From the IMG/VR virus record IMGVR_UViG_3300031841_005656: a DNA stretch of 64,000 bases; one strand, given 5' to 3'. Below, one piece after another: positions 42,697 to 52,501 of the stretch. Each line of letters opens with the position of its first letter. Position 1 is the first letter of the stretch. The notes under the pieces are model-generated. The model was not told the origin of the DNA, did not search any database, and worked only from the letters and a program-made list of their open reading frames with translations. The position numbers and the translations under genes were made by a program. This stretch comes from an uncultured virus (IMG/VR IMGVR_UViG_3300031841_005656). Taxonomy: Duplodnaviria > Heunggongvirae > Uroviricota > Caudoviricetes.

Positions 42697-43359
42697 ATGG
42701 CACTTAGATTATACCCATTTAGGCAATATAACGATTCGGATGTCGTCAACTTGTTTGCAAACAACGTAGTAGACGACAATCCCACGACCAATGGTAACGG
42801 TAGTGCAGGTGTGATGGTTAAGGTATTGAGCGGTAATCTGAACCAAGACACTTTCGATTTAATTGGAAGTGACTACTTGGGTAAAACTGATTATCCGTTC
42901 TTGGGAGCTGATAAGTACCCAGTCGTACCTTTACGTGTCGTAGCTGCTACAACTGGTGCTCCGGTATTAGGCGTCACTCTTAATCAGACGATTAAGAACG
43001 ACGAGAATGGAGAAAAGCTCCTTTATAACCCCGTCAAAAGAGACGAGCTTCAAGCAGTTCTCAGCGGTCAGGCTTGCCCGGTCGCAACACGAGGCCTGTT
43101 TACGTTCGACGAAACTGCATACGAGAAAGACTCTAACTGGGTTCCCGGTAATGTCGCAGCTATCTCGGCTAATGCTGGCAAATTGACAGGTGTTACCCGC
43201 GAAGGTCTCGCTGATCTTGTTGGCACTCTGGTTGGTCACATTTTGGCTACCGGTAACCGCCAATCTCAGAATGGTCAGTCCGATCAGTTCGCTGGTACAG
43301 GTACTGCGCAGTACGCGTTAGTAGCGTTAGAATGCTCTAATTCTATTGATGTTGCTTAA
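42697..43359 (+). CDS. head decoration/cement protein (putative)
   Basis: Between scaffold and capsid genes; highly biased codons. Confidence 0.6.
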   Translation: MALRLYPFRQYNDSDVVNLFANNVVDDNPTTNGNGSAGVMVKVLSGNLNQDTFDLIGSDYLGKTDYPFLGADKYPVVPLRVVAATTGAPVLGVTLNQTIKNDENGEKLLYNPVKRDELQAVLSGQACPVATRGLFTFDETAYEKDSNWVPGNVAAISANAGKLTGVTREGLADLVGTLVGHILATGNRQSQNGQSDQFAGTGTAQYALVALECSNSIDVA

Positions 43360-43391
43360 TCATTTAACTAAAGAAAGGATATTTAATTAAA

Positions 43392-44549
43392 ATGAAAATT
43401 ACATTAAAAAGAACTGACGAGCAAGTGGAATTGGTAAAAGCAATGGGCTCTCGTAACAGAGAGACTGCTTTCGCAGCTCAGGTTGCATTAGCAGAGTTTA
43501 TTGGCCCTGTTTTAGCCGAAGTCATTAACAACGCTCCTACTCTCAGTAACTTATTTACTGCTTTAGAGTACAACGCAGACGACAATCCTTCGATTCCGTT
43601 GGATTTGTATTATGATGTTTTCGACGAAGATTATATTCGAGTCTACAGCCAGTCTGTAGCAGGCGGTCTTCCGACAAACTACGTTCAGCCTACAGCTTCC
43701 GAGCTGAAGTTCGCTACTTACAACTTGGACAGCGCAGTTTCTTTCGATAGAAAGTATGCTACGCGCTCACGCCTTGATGTGATTGGTAAGACTTTCACTC
43801 GCGTGGCTCAGGAAGTTCTCCTCAAGCAGGAAAGAACTTCTTCTAACTTGGTTATGACGGCTTTGGCTAACGCTACGAATGGTAAAGCAGCTTTCACTGC
43901 TTCTAATCGTAACGTTTTCAGAACCGCTCAGGCAAACCGCTTCTTATTGGATGACTTAAACAAGTTGTTCACTAAGATGAAGAGAGTTAACGCTTCTTTC
44001 TCTGGTGGCACTCCCGCTGGCGCTCGTAAAGCCTTGACTGATCTTTTGGTTTCACCTGAAGTTGTTGAGCAGATTCGCTCCATGGCTTACAACCCGGTTA
44101 GCACTTTAGGTCCTGACGGAACCGCTGCTACTCACGGTGACGGCGCTGGTATCGCTGCTACCGACACTGTTAGAAACTCTGTGTTCGGCCAGAGTGGTTT
44201 AACCGAATTCTTCGGTGTTGCCATTATGGAAGTTCTGGAGATGGGTGTTGGTAAGAGATTCAACGACGTGTTCGACACGGTCGCTGGAACTACCGATTAT
44301 CTTGATCACGGTTCTACTTCCGCTTCTAGCGCATTCAATGGTGCTTCAGAGGAAATTATCGTTGGTTTGGATCGCAGCAGAGATGCAATGATTCGCGCTA
44401 TCGCGGTTGACTCCGAAACTGGCTCTCAGTTCAACTTAGTCGCTGACGATCAGTTCTCTTCTAGACAGCAGAGAATTGGTTACTACGGTGCCTTGGAAGA
44501 GGGACGCATGGTGTTGGATAACCGAGCCTTAGTGGGCTTAATCATGTAA
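43392..44549 (+). CDS. major capsid protein
   Basis: 385 aa, strongest codon bias, position after protease/decoration genes, strong terminator downstream. Confidence 0.8.
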   Translation: MKITLKRTDEQVELVKAMGSRNRETAFAAQVALAEFIGPVLAEVINNAPTLSNLFTALEYNADDNPSIPLDLYYDVFDEDYIRVYSQSVAGGLPTNYVQPTASELKFATYNLDSAVSFDRKYATRSRLDVIGKTFTRVAQEVLLKQERTSSNLVMTALANATNGKAAFTASNRNVFRTAQANRFLLDDLNKLFTKMKRVNASFSGGTPAGARKALTDLLVSPEVVEQIRSMAYNPVSTLGPDGTAATHGDGAGIAATDTVRNSVFGQSGLTEFFGVAIMEVLEMGVGKRFNDVFDTVAGTTDYLDHGSTSASSAFNGASEEIIVGLDRSRDAMIRAIAVDSETGSQFNLVADDQFSSRQQRIGYYGALEEGRMVLDNRALVGLIM

Positions 44550-44560
44550 TTCAGGTCTCA

Positions 44561-44580
44561 TCGCGGCCGGCCCGCCGGCC
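44561..44580 (+). repeat. isolated 20-bp core of the 47-bp element
   Basis: TCGCGGCCGGCCCGCCGGCC, identical to 9495-9514 and 14616-14635. Confidence 0.9.
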
Positions 44581-44585
44581 TCCTT

Positions 44586-44617
44586 AACTCCGCCTCGAAA
44601 GAGGCGGAGTTTTTTTT
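44586..44617 (+). terminator. intrinsic terminator after capsid gene
   Basis: ACTCCGCCTC-GAAA-GAGGCGGAGT-T7. Confidence 0.9.
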
Positions 44618-44650
44618 GGAAAAATACGTTTTTAGTTGTAATATATTAAC

Positions 44651-45049
44651 ATGGCAGCGAAGAAAAGAAAAACAGCAAAGAAAAAAGCCAATCTTGAAGA
44701 TTTGCAAAATTTTACAACTGGCAGATTAGAAGATGATGCTATCGAAAAAGTAAAGCGATTAGAGGAGGTTCTTGGGATCAAACAGGTAAACCCATTTGGT
44801 ACTAACGACCCAAACATATTTGAAGATAAATTAAAAGACTCTAATTTGAGTGATTTGCAAAATTTAGCCATGAAAATTGGACTCTTTCCAGATGGCAGCC
44901 TACCAAGGCTAAAAGAAAAGTTGAGATCAGAGTTTAAAAGAATTACAAAAGGATCTCGCACTGTTAGTATGGAAGATCCGCTTCCTATTCACGACCCTAA
45001 TCATCCAAACCACGAAAAAGCAAAAAAATTAATGAGCGAAGGTTTTTGA
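44651..45049 (+). CDS. hypothetical protein (head module)
   Basis: 132 aa. Confidence 0.65.
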   Translation: MAAKKRKTAKKKANLEDLQNFTTGRLEDDAIEKVKRLEEVLGIKQVNPFGTNDPNIFEDKLKDSNLSDLQNLAMKIGLFPDGSLPRLKEKLRSEFKRITKGSRTVSMEDPLPIHDPNHPNHEKAKKLMSEGF

Positions 45050-45070
45050 TTTTAAGTGTAAATATATTAT

Positions 45071-45625
45071 ATGCCAGACAGGTCAAAAACACCTTATTTA
45101 GTTAGTACTATAGCCACAGGGATCTTTAATGATGAGTTTGATTCCGACACTGGCTTTGCGACAATAGCATCTATTTCAGGTTGGTTAGCTAATAATGTAG
45201 GCCTTCTAAATACCACTCTCTATACGGCATTTTCTGGATCAGGATCTGTAACTGAATACCCAGATGATACGGTAGTGCAACCTTCGGGCAGTTTCCGTTT
45301 TGAAGAGGCTGATATATACAAGCAAGTATATCTAACAAACTATTATACCAAAAAAGCTCGGGCTGTCTTAAAAGGCATTGACAGCTCTGTAGATTTCATA
45401 TCTTTGAGAGAGGGCGATTCTGTAATCACCAGAACAAACAAAAATGAAATCGCTAAGACTTACAGAGGCTTCGCTAAGGACGCTCAGGAGCGTCTAGACG
45501 ACCTTGTAGCAAAATATAATATCTACGCAGCGGAGCCTATCCAAGTTGCTGGTACAGACGCTTCTACGAACGCTAGCGGTGATATTTATGCGGCTTATGA
45601 TTATAGAGGAAGGGTCGGTTACTGA
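45071..45625 (+). CDS. putative head-tail adaptor/connector
   Basis: Position; S+.EGD..I...N adaptor-like motif; AAGTGTA 10 nt upstream. Confidence 0.55.
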   Translation: MPDRSKTPYLVSTIATGIFNDEFDSDTGFATIASISGWLANNVGLLNTTLYTAFSGSGSVTEYPDDTVVQPSGSFRFEEADIYKQVYLTNYYTKKARAVLKGIDSSVDFISLREGDSVITRTNKNEIAKTYRGFAKDAQERLDDLVAKYNIYAAEPIQVAGTDASTNASGDIYAAYDYRGRVGY

Positions 45626-47154
45626 CCACCGTCTCCTTTGTAAGCTGCATCTAAAGTTTTCTTAGTTCCCAACGGATAATAATTGATTGTCGGGAATCTG
45701 AAATAACTACCTTCCATAAATAAACCGTTGTCGGTATCATTAGAGCCGCCTACTTGCGTACTAAAAGTCATATCAACTGTTTCGTTGTCTCCAATTGCGC
45801 TGGTAAAGCTTTCGCTGTCTAACCTAGCGCCTTTGACTTTAAATACTAATGCTGTATCGCCCGCAGTTCCATCTAAGGCGTTTGGGGTACGCAATGTCAA
45901 AGTAAAGTCATGTTTTTGCGTAGAGGCTAAATTTTCAAAAAGATTATTTTTGTTAAATTCTGAAAGAACAGCAGAAAGTGACACATCTACATTAAGAGGC
46001 AAATCAATAACTCTGCTATAACCAAAAGTATTACCAAGTCTTTGCAAGATAGTTCTGCTCATTGGTACACTAATGTCCATGCTTTGAAGATGAGCATTTC
46101 CGTCTCCATTCATATCAGTAAAACCAATATAATCTCCAGAATTACCCATTGAAAACAATATATCTCCGGGTCTTAATGCGGCAACATCTGCGTTACCAGT
46201 GCTATAAGTTGGCACTGCGTATCTAGCAAAACGAGGTATACTAGCCCAAGAAGAGCCCCCGAAATTGGCAGTGTCAGATAATTGTATACCTGTTGTGCCA
46301 TTCGTTTGATCTACAGCGGGAATAGAAGGAAAATTTAAACCATTTCCAGATGTCAACGGGCCTGTGCTGTTAGTTAGATGAGCCGTTGAGTTACCGGAAG
46401 CGTTATTATCTGTTTTAATATTAAATGCTTCAACAGTCACAGATGCGGTTGGCACAGCGCCGACAGAAGCCGAAACGCTATAATCGCTAATAAATCCGTT
46501 GCCTATGCTAATTACATCAAAATTTGTAGAGTCCGAAACATATGAAGTGATAGCTTCGCCTTCAACATCTTTACCTTCTTTGCCCACCAAAATAAAATAA
46601 TTATTTCCAATTGTATCGTCTATCAAACCGGACAAGGCGCTATAACCAGACAATGCTAAATCGCCTGTCCAGTAATCTGCACTTGAGGGGCGAAAACCTC
46701 CGTCTCCATTACTAGTGGGCACATTAAATCCCATTTTTCTTTCATTTTCTCCGTCGGTCAAATAGTAATCAAAACTTAGATTGACCGTAGGGGATTCCAT
46801 TACAATTGAATCTATTCTAGCTAACCTACCAAATTCATTAATATCTTGTCTATTAATATTAAAATCAAAGTTTATAGTTTGAACGCGATTGATTGGCTCT
46901 ATCAATGATCTGTAAATTGATCCGCTAGGCCCAAGGTAGGAAGTACTATTTCCTGTAGCTGGGTCATTGACACCGCTCCATCTTAAAGAGCCGCTTTGAT
47001 AAGCTGAGTCTTGGGACAGGTTTGCGTTATAATCCCATTTGCCCGGTCCACTAGCTTCATCAACACTACCTTGACCAGACTGCAAATGATACCCTGTCGA
47101 AGCTGGTGAGATGTACAGGGCTTGACTTTGATAAATTACTCTATTGCGTGCCAC
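45619..47154 (-). CDS. major tail tube protein paralogue B (putative)
   Basis: Collinear paralogue of 47235-48692 (MARNRVIYQSQAL, RQD.NEFG.LARID, VPMSRTILQRLG); GTG start 9 nt after AAGTGTA. Confidence 0.65.
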   Translation of the reverse strand: MARNRVIYQSQALYISPASTGYHLQSGQGSVDEASGPGKWDYNANLSQDSAYQSGSLRWSGVNDPATGNSTSYLGPSGSIYRSLIEPINRVQTINFDFNINRQDINEFGRLARIDSIVMESPTVNLSFDYYLTDGENERKMGFNVPTSNGDGGFRPSSADYWTGDLALSGYSALSGLIDDTIGNNYFILVGKEGKDVEGEAITSYVSDSTNFDVISIGNGFISDYSVSASVGAVPTASVTVEAFNIKTDNNASGNSTAHLTNSTGPLTSGNGLNFPSIPAVDQTNGTTGIQLSDTANFGGSSWASIPRFARYAVPTYSTGNADVAALRPGDILFSMGNSGDYIGFTDMNGDGNAHLQSMDISVPMSRTILQRLGNTFGYSRVIDLPLNVDVSLSAVLSEFNKNNLFENLASTQKHDFTLTLRTPNALDGTAGDTALVFKVKGARLDSESFTSAIGDNETVDMTFSTQVGGSNDTDNGLFMEGSYFRFPTINYYPLGTKKTLDAAYKGDGGQ

Positions 47155-47187
47155 GTTATATTATACACTTTTATTGCGCATTTTCAC

Positions 47188-47214
47188 AAAAAAAACCCCG
47201 CCCGAAGGCGGGGT
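47188..47214 (-). terminator. intrinsic terminator between the tail tube paralogues
   Basis: ACCCCGCC-CGAA-GGCGGGGT with A-run on the left. Confidence 0.85.
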
Positions 47215-47234
47215 CTTGTGATCTTTAATTTTTA

Positions 47235-48692
47235 TTAAGCGCCCGGTACAAGAACCTCGTTGGCAAGACCGCCCTTTTGAGACTTTTGCGCACCCAAGTT
47301 CCAATATGGAATGCTAGTCCATCGAGCATAAGAACCCTTCATGAAGATTCCGTTTTCTTGGTCGTTAGCACCACCAACTTGGGTAGAGAACGTAACATCT
47401 ACAGTCTCGTTATCTCCGATAGCGTTACTGTAACTTTCTCCCTCAAGCCTCGCACCTTTAACATCAATGATTAAGGCATCCGCCCCTGAAGCACCTGTGC
47501 CAGCAGAGCGGCGCATAGTTAAACGGAAGTTGTGCTTATCAGTGCTAGCCAATTTTTCGAAAAGATTGTTTTGCCTTAACTCGGAAAGGATAGCTGACAC
47601 ACTAACATCGATATTTAGTGGAAGATCGATAACTCGAGCATAACCAAAGGTATTTCCGAGTCTTTGCAGAATGGTACGACTCATTGGCACCGATACAGTG
47701 AAGCTTTGAACGTGAGCTTTGCCGTTTCCGCTTAATACTGCGAAACCATCCGTATTAAATGAACCATCTTGGTTTGGATCAAGGAACTCAAGCAGAAGAT
47801 CTCCCGGACGCAATGCCGTGATTGTATTATCTGCGATATCACTACCTGCGACAAAGTCACCAGTTGTTTGCAAAGCGCCACCACGGAATTCATAGTTAAC
47901 TTCAACTTGTTGACCGTCAGTATCATTAACGCCCGGAATCCTGTTTCCAGTTCCTTCGGTTGAAAGCTGCCCAGATATATAATTATCAGCACGAATATTG
48001 AATGCTTCAACTGTTACACTAGCAGTCGGAAGAGCTCCGACAGAAGCATCAATTGAATAATCGCTGATAAAGCCATTGCCAATAGAAATTACATCAAAAT
48101 CTGCACTGCCACTTGTAACAGTATCACCTTGAACGTCTTTACCTTCTTTAGAAGTAACAATGAAATAGTTATTTCCTTGAGTATCTTCAATTAAACCAGA
48201 AAGTGCAGAATAACCAGAAATAGCACCATCTCCGGTCCATGCATATGTATTTTCATCGGTTCGACCCGGCAAAAATCCAGTGCTTCCAGACATATTTGTT
48301 GGAATATTAAAGCCCATCTTTCTTTCATTACCGCCGTCGGTCATATAATAATTAAAATCTAAACCAACGGTAGGCGACTCCATAACGATAGAATCGATAC
48401 GAGCTAATTTGCCAAACTCATTCACATCTTGACGATTAATCGTGAAGTTAAAGTTTGCAGATTGAACTCGATGAAGAGGTTCAATTAATGTTCTGTTTAA
48501 CACAGGCAAGGCCAATCCGTTAGCAGCATCTACCGCTCCGTCCGGAAAAGATCTTCCTGTAACTCCAGTCCAGTTTGTATTACCTGCAGCATCTACGGAA
48601 TTTGATGTATTCCCTGTTTGCATATGGTAACCAGTGGATGTGGGCGCGATAAATAGCGCCTGACTTTGATAAATTACTCTGTTTCTAGCCAT
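47235..48692 (-). CDS. major tail tube protein paralogue A (putative)
   Basis: Beta-rich; RVQSANF.F.INRQDVNEFG tail-tube-like pattern; own terminator. Confidence 0.7.
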   Translation of the reverse strand: MARNRVIYQSQALFIAPTSTGYHMQTGNTSNSVDAAGNTNWTGVTGRSFPDGAVDAANGLALPVLNRTLIEPLHRVQSANFNFTINRQDVNEFGKLARIDSIVMESPTVGLDFNYYMTDGGNERKMGFNIPTNMSGSTGFLPGRTDENTYAWTGDGAISGYSALSGLIEDTQGNNYFIVTSKEGKDVQGDTVTSGSADFDVISIGNGFISDYSIDASVGALPTASVTVEAFNIRADNYISGQLSTEGTGNRIPGVNDTDGQQVEVNYEFRGGALQTTGDFVAGSDIADNTITALRPGDLLLEFLDPNQDGSFNTDGFAVLSGNGKAHVQSFTVSVPMSRTILQRLGNTFGYARVIDLPLNIDVSVSAILSELRQNNLFEKLASTDKHNFRLTMRRSAGTGASGADALIIDVKGARLEGESYSNAIGDNETVDVTFSTQVGGANDQENGIFMKGSYARWTSIPYWNLGAQKSQKGGLANEVLVPGA

Positions 48693-48748
48693 AATAGTAT
48701 ATTGTAAATTTAAAATAATTTACAACTTTTTTTCGAATTTGAGAACTT

Positions 48749-49603
48749 TTAACTTCTTGGGAATCTATATTTGTATATTTCAAAATCAACAAATCCAACA
48801 AATAAGTCAACAGGTATTACTTTATTTGAACTATCTGATATTTTTGATACATTAACTTTATTGATAATATATTGATCTCCGCTAGCTTCAGACGCTACAT
48901 TCCCATAATCATATCCAGTTGAATATGCTGATTTTACATCTCCATATTCATCTAACGGTGAGCCTGTAAATGGAATATTGCCAAAAACTTCTTCAGAAGA
49001 ATCAGCCATAATAGACAAAGCTCCATCAAGTTGATATATATTTTCTGCAAAAACTACCGCAGTAACATCTGTAATTGTATTATCGTATCCACCAAACGCA
49101 AATGGTTCATTAGTTGTAGCGCCCAAAGAAAGAAAAGCGGCAGGAGTAGCTTGATCGTACGGCGGAACATAAGTCAAAGTGCGGCCATATCTGCTATTCG
49201 TTTTGTATTTGCCGGCGGTTATCATCGTCTCTTCAGTTTCATTAGCAATGTAAATATTAAAATCTTTAACGGTATAGGTCCCGCTAATATTAGTCCCTGT
49301 CGCAAAATCAGAGTCAAATAGCACGCGCCCATTATCAAAATCAAATTTCAGCCCACTAGTTCCTTCTGATATTGCACCAGAATCTCCGCTAATCACAGGG
49401 TTGACTTGAGCCGAGCTAATATTCTTATCATAAACCCACTGTTTGTACGGAGAGCCAAATACTGTTTTGTTTTGCACTCGCTCGTCAGCATAGTAATAAA
49501 AGTCGGTGCTATAAGTTTTGTAAGCCTCACCTTTTTTAACAAGAAAATTGTCAAACCAAAGGTAAAAACTGTTTAATAATTCGTGTTGATATACGGTTTT
49601 CAT
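48749..49603 (-). CDS. putative tail completion/terminator protein
   Basis: Position immediately before tail tube in the neck block. Confidence 0.5.
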   Translation of the reverse strand: MKTVYQHELLNSFYLWFDNFLVKKGEAYKTYSTDFYYYADERVQNKTVFGSPYKQWVYDKNISSAQVNPVISGDSGAISEGTSGLKFDFDNGRVLFDSDFATGTNISGTYTVKDFNIYIANETEETMITAGKYKTNSRYGRTLTYVPPYDQATPAAFLSLGATTNEPFAFGGYDNTITDVTAVVFAENIYQLDGALSIMADSSEEVFGNIPFTGSPLDEYGDVKSAYSTGYDYGNVASEASGDQYIINKVNVSKISDSSNKVIPVDLFVGFVDFEIYKYRFPRS

Positions 49604-50205
49604 GAAAATGCTTTTCTTTCTAAATTTTTTATCTTTTTATAGTAATCATTTAGCAATGTAGATAAGTAAGGCACGTTACTGAATTTGCCATTTCTAACTT
49701 TTGACTTAGCTTGAATTGCAAAACCCGATTTAGATTTTGCTACTCTAGTGTCTTTTACTAAATACTTACCGAGGCCTGATATACCTCTTTCTATTCCTCT
49801 TGCCCAGCTTCTACCTGTTGCCCAAGGCATAGGGGTTACAGCAAAAACCTCTTGTTTGGTGGGTAATTCGATTCGGGCCATTAAAAAATTTTTACGAGGA
49901 TGAAAGTTTATTTCGTACTTTTCTAGCACTTTCCTCAAAGGCCTTATAGGATTTTCCCCAATACTAAAACCTATATAAGTAAACAAATTTCCTACACCGC
50001 TTAATGTTTTGCTGATATTTGTAGCGGATGGACCTCCCGCGATTTCTTGAGTGACAGGATGATTGTCAAAGGCATCTAAAAATTCTTTCTGTATTTCCAA
50101 AAATTCTTTTTTTATAGTACTCTTGGCAGATTTTATAAAAGCTGGCTGCTTGACTGCCGCTGCAGTTATTTTTTGCAATTCTGAATTAGGTAAATTTAAG
50201 GCCAT
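49600..50205 (-). CDS. putative neck/tail completion protein
   Basis: Basic C-terminus, SW..GIE.G; position. Confidence 0.5.
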   Translation of the reverse strand: MALNLPNSELQKITAAAVKQPAFIKSAKSTIKKEFLEIQKEFLDAFDNHPVTQEIAGGPSATNISKTLSGVGNLFTYIGFSIGENPIRPLRKVLEKYEINFHPRKNFLMARIELPTKQEVFAVTPMPWATGRSWARGIERGISGLGKYLVKDTRVAKSKSGFAIQAKSKVRNGKFSNVPYLSTLLNDYYKKIKNLERKAFS

Positions 50206-50657
50206 TATGTTATTTTTTTCAGCATTATTGTGTAAAACTTGGTGTCGAAAAGTCCGTGCCCTCTAAAATCACTGTATATGGAAAAATCTTGATTATCGAA
50301 TCTGATTCTTTTTGCGTCTGATACAGTATCATAATCTGAGGCTTTAATCTTCATTCTAACTAAACCTTCAGGAATATCTATTTTTAATTGATTTGGAGAC
50401 TGGGAGCTGCTGAAATAATCTTCTCCGAAACTTGATCCATATTGTATCCTTGCTTGAACTGTAGATTCTTGGGCGGTATAAACTATCGGAGTTGTTGCTC
50501 CTGCGTTGCCATATATGGAGTTAAATGACGAACTTGGGGTAGGAACGGTTTTAATTGGATCTTTTATTACCGTGACCGCTCTTGCAAAAGTATCATGCTG
50601 ATCGTCCATCACTTCATTGAGTGAGGTTTTTTCGCTATCTGAGATTAAACTTGCCAT
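50205..50657 (-). CDS. putative head-closure protein
   Basis: 150 aa; start reassigned to ATG 50657, 10 nt after AAGTGTA. Confidence 0.5.
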   Translation of the reverse strand: MASLISDSEKTSLNEVMDDQHDTFARAVTVIKDPIKTVPTPSSSFNSIYGNAGATTPIVYTAQESTVQARIQYGSSFGEDYFSSSQSPNQLKIDIPEGLVRMKIKASDYDTVSDAKRIRFDNQDFSIYSDFRGHGLFDTKFYTIMLKKIT

Positions 50658-50727
50658 GTTTATATTATACACTTTTTAAAAAAACTTTGGAAAAAAACTG
50701 TATATAGAATATTATTTTTACTAATTT

Positions 50728-51504
50728 ATGTTTAAGGAAATATACTCTTTTACAGTGGAAGATGTGCGCGAAGTCCAAGAAAAGACTAAGGAAAAGCGCA
50801 AAAATGATAAGGGCGTCGAAGAAGAAGTGGAAATTACTAAAAAAGTAGAAAAAAAAGTACCTTTTACCATTGGCATTAAAGAGCCTACTCGTCGTGAACT
50901 CGAAGAAGCCGATATGGAATTTTCTATTGAAATGAGTAATTGTATTAAAAAGGGAATTTTAACCAAAGCTATGCTTGCCAAAAAATATTCAGATACTGGA
51001 GGTTTATTGGCGGAAGCCGATGCCAATAAACTCGTAGATCTTTATGCTGAATTAGCTGACGCTGAAGCTGAATATACACGGCGCACCCTTCAAAATAAAA
51101 ATGTTAAGCGTCTAAATGAAAAAGTTAAAAAAGAGCTAGATAAATTAAGTGCAAGGGTAGGTATCTGTCGTCGCGATATTGTACAATTAGAATCTTCTTA
51201 TCAAAGTTTATTCAATCACACGGCTGACACAAAAGCTCAAAATAGAATAGTTATGTGGTATGTAACTCATTTAAGTTATTTAAAGAAAAGCGACGACCAA
51301 GAGGCCGAATGGGAGCCTTTATTTAAAGGAGATACATTTGAGGCAAAAATCGACTCCTACTATGAAAAAGATGAGAAACAAGATTCTTTATTTGAATTAG
51401 TGTCGGGCAAGTTGGCGGCTTTACTAAGTTACTGGTATTTTAGCAATGAGACTACCAAACAAGATTTCGATAAAATTATAAATGATATCGACAACCCAAG
51501 CTAA
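50728..51504 (+). CDS. putative tail assembly chaperone
   Basis: Charged protein two genes upstream of tape measure. Confidence 0.55.
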   Translation: MFKEIYSFTVEDVREVQEKTKEKRKNDKGVEEEVEITKKVEKKVPFTIGIKEPTRRELEEADMEFSIEMSNCIKKGILTKAMLAKKYSDTGGLLAEADANKLVDLYAELADAEAEYTRRTLQNKNVKRLNEKVKKELDKLSARVGICRRDIVQLESSYQSLFNHTADTKAQNRIVMWYVTHLSYLKKSDDQEAEWEPLFKGDTFEAKIDSYYEKDEKQDSLFELVSGKLAALLSYWYFSNETTKQDFDKIINDIDNPS

Positions 51505-52474
51505 TGTTAATTTTCGACATTTATTTAAAGACATAGTATTTGGTTGGTCTGCAATTAATTATAGAAAATCCCCCGCTTACTTAAAACATTTATCTGTTTT
51601 TGATCAGGTAGATATTGAAGAGGTGCGCAACGCTTTTTACGAAAAAGCGAAAGCAAGAGGACTTCCCACTAAAGCTGAAGCGTTAGACCGGCTAAAAGAA
51701 GAACAACTATGGCTACCTTCTGATGAAGCCAAAATTACAGAGCAAAAGAAATACCTTTCTCAAGCTCAAAATACTAAAAAAGAACTTTATCTAAAGGCAG
51801 AAATTGATCGAGCTAATGAAGAAATACTAGAAGCGCAAAAAAAGATAAGTTTTTATGAAGGCAAAAAAGACGAATTAATCGGTCAAACTTGTGAAAAATA
51901 TGCTGATAGTAGAGTTTCCGATCACTATATTGTCCGTTCGTTATATCAAGATTCAAAATTACTTAAAACTTACTATAATCAAAAACAAGTAGATGAAATG
52001 ACTCGAAGTGAAATGGCTGAAATTGTTCGGCTTTATAATTCTTCTTATGGAGTATTTGATGATTTAAATATACAAAAAATTGTACTTCAAGATTTTTTTC
52101 AACCTTATATGCCTTTTTGTGAAAATGTAAATAATATGTTTTCCGCGCCTCTTTTTGAGCTTTCTATTAATCAAGTTAAATTAATAATCTATGCGAGAAT
52201 GTTTAAAAATATTTTTGAAAACTATACTAAAATTCCGGATAGGATACGAACTAATCCTGAAAAAATCTTAGATTATGTGAATGCCCAAGAAAAAGCAAAA
52301 GACAAATTAAAGAATATTGACAAAGACGGAGCTTCTACAATAGTAGGAGCCACAAAGGAAGATTACGATTATTTAGGGATCGGAGGCTCCGAAGGAGAAA
52401 GCCTCTCCGCAAAATTAAAAGAAAAAGGTGGCAAAATGGACATGAAAGATCTAATGAATGTATTAAAGGGCTAA
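51482..52474 (+). CDS. putative tail assembly chaperone 2 / pre-tape-measure protein
   Basis: Directly upstream of tape measure. Confidence 0.5.
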   Translation: MISTTQANVNFRHLFKDIVFGWSAINYRKSPAYLKHLSVFDQVDIEEVRNAFYEKAKARGLPTKAEALDRLKEEQLWLPSDEAKITEQKKYLSQAQNTKKELYLKAEIDRANEEILEAQKKISFYEGKKDELIGQTCEKYADSRVSDHYIVRSLYQDSKLLKTYYNQKQVDEMTRSEMAEIVRLYNSSYGVFDDLNIQKIVLQDFFQPYMPFCENVNNMFSAPLFELSINQVKLIIYARMFKNIFENYTKIPDRIRTNPEKILDYVNAQEKAKDKLKNIDKDGASTIVGATKEDYDYLGIGGSEGESLSAKLKEKGGKMDMKDLMNVLKG

Positions 52475-52501
52475 AAAAAGTGTATAAATTAGATTAGAAT
52501 T

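Noticed and set aside
51440..51510. Programmed -1 frameshift between the tail chaperone genes
   Set aside because: The second ORF is in the +1 frame with its own ATG, and I see no XXXYYYZ slippery heptamer near the overlap.
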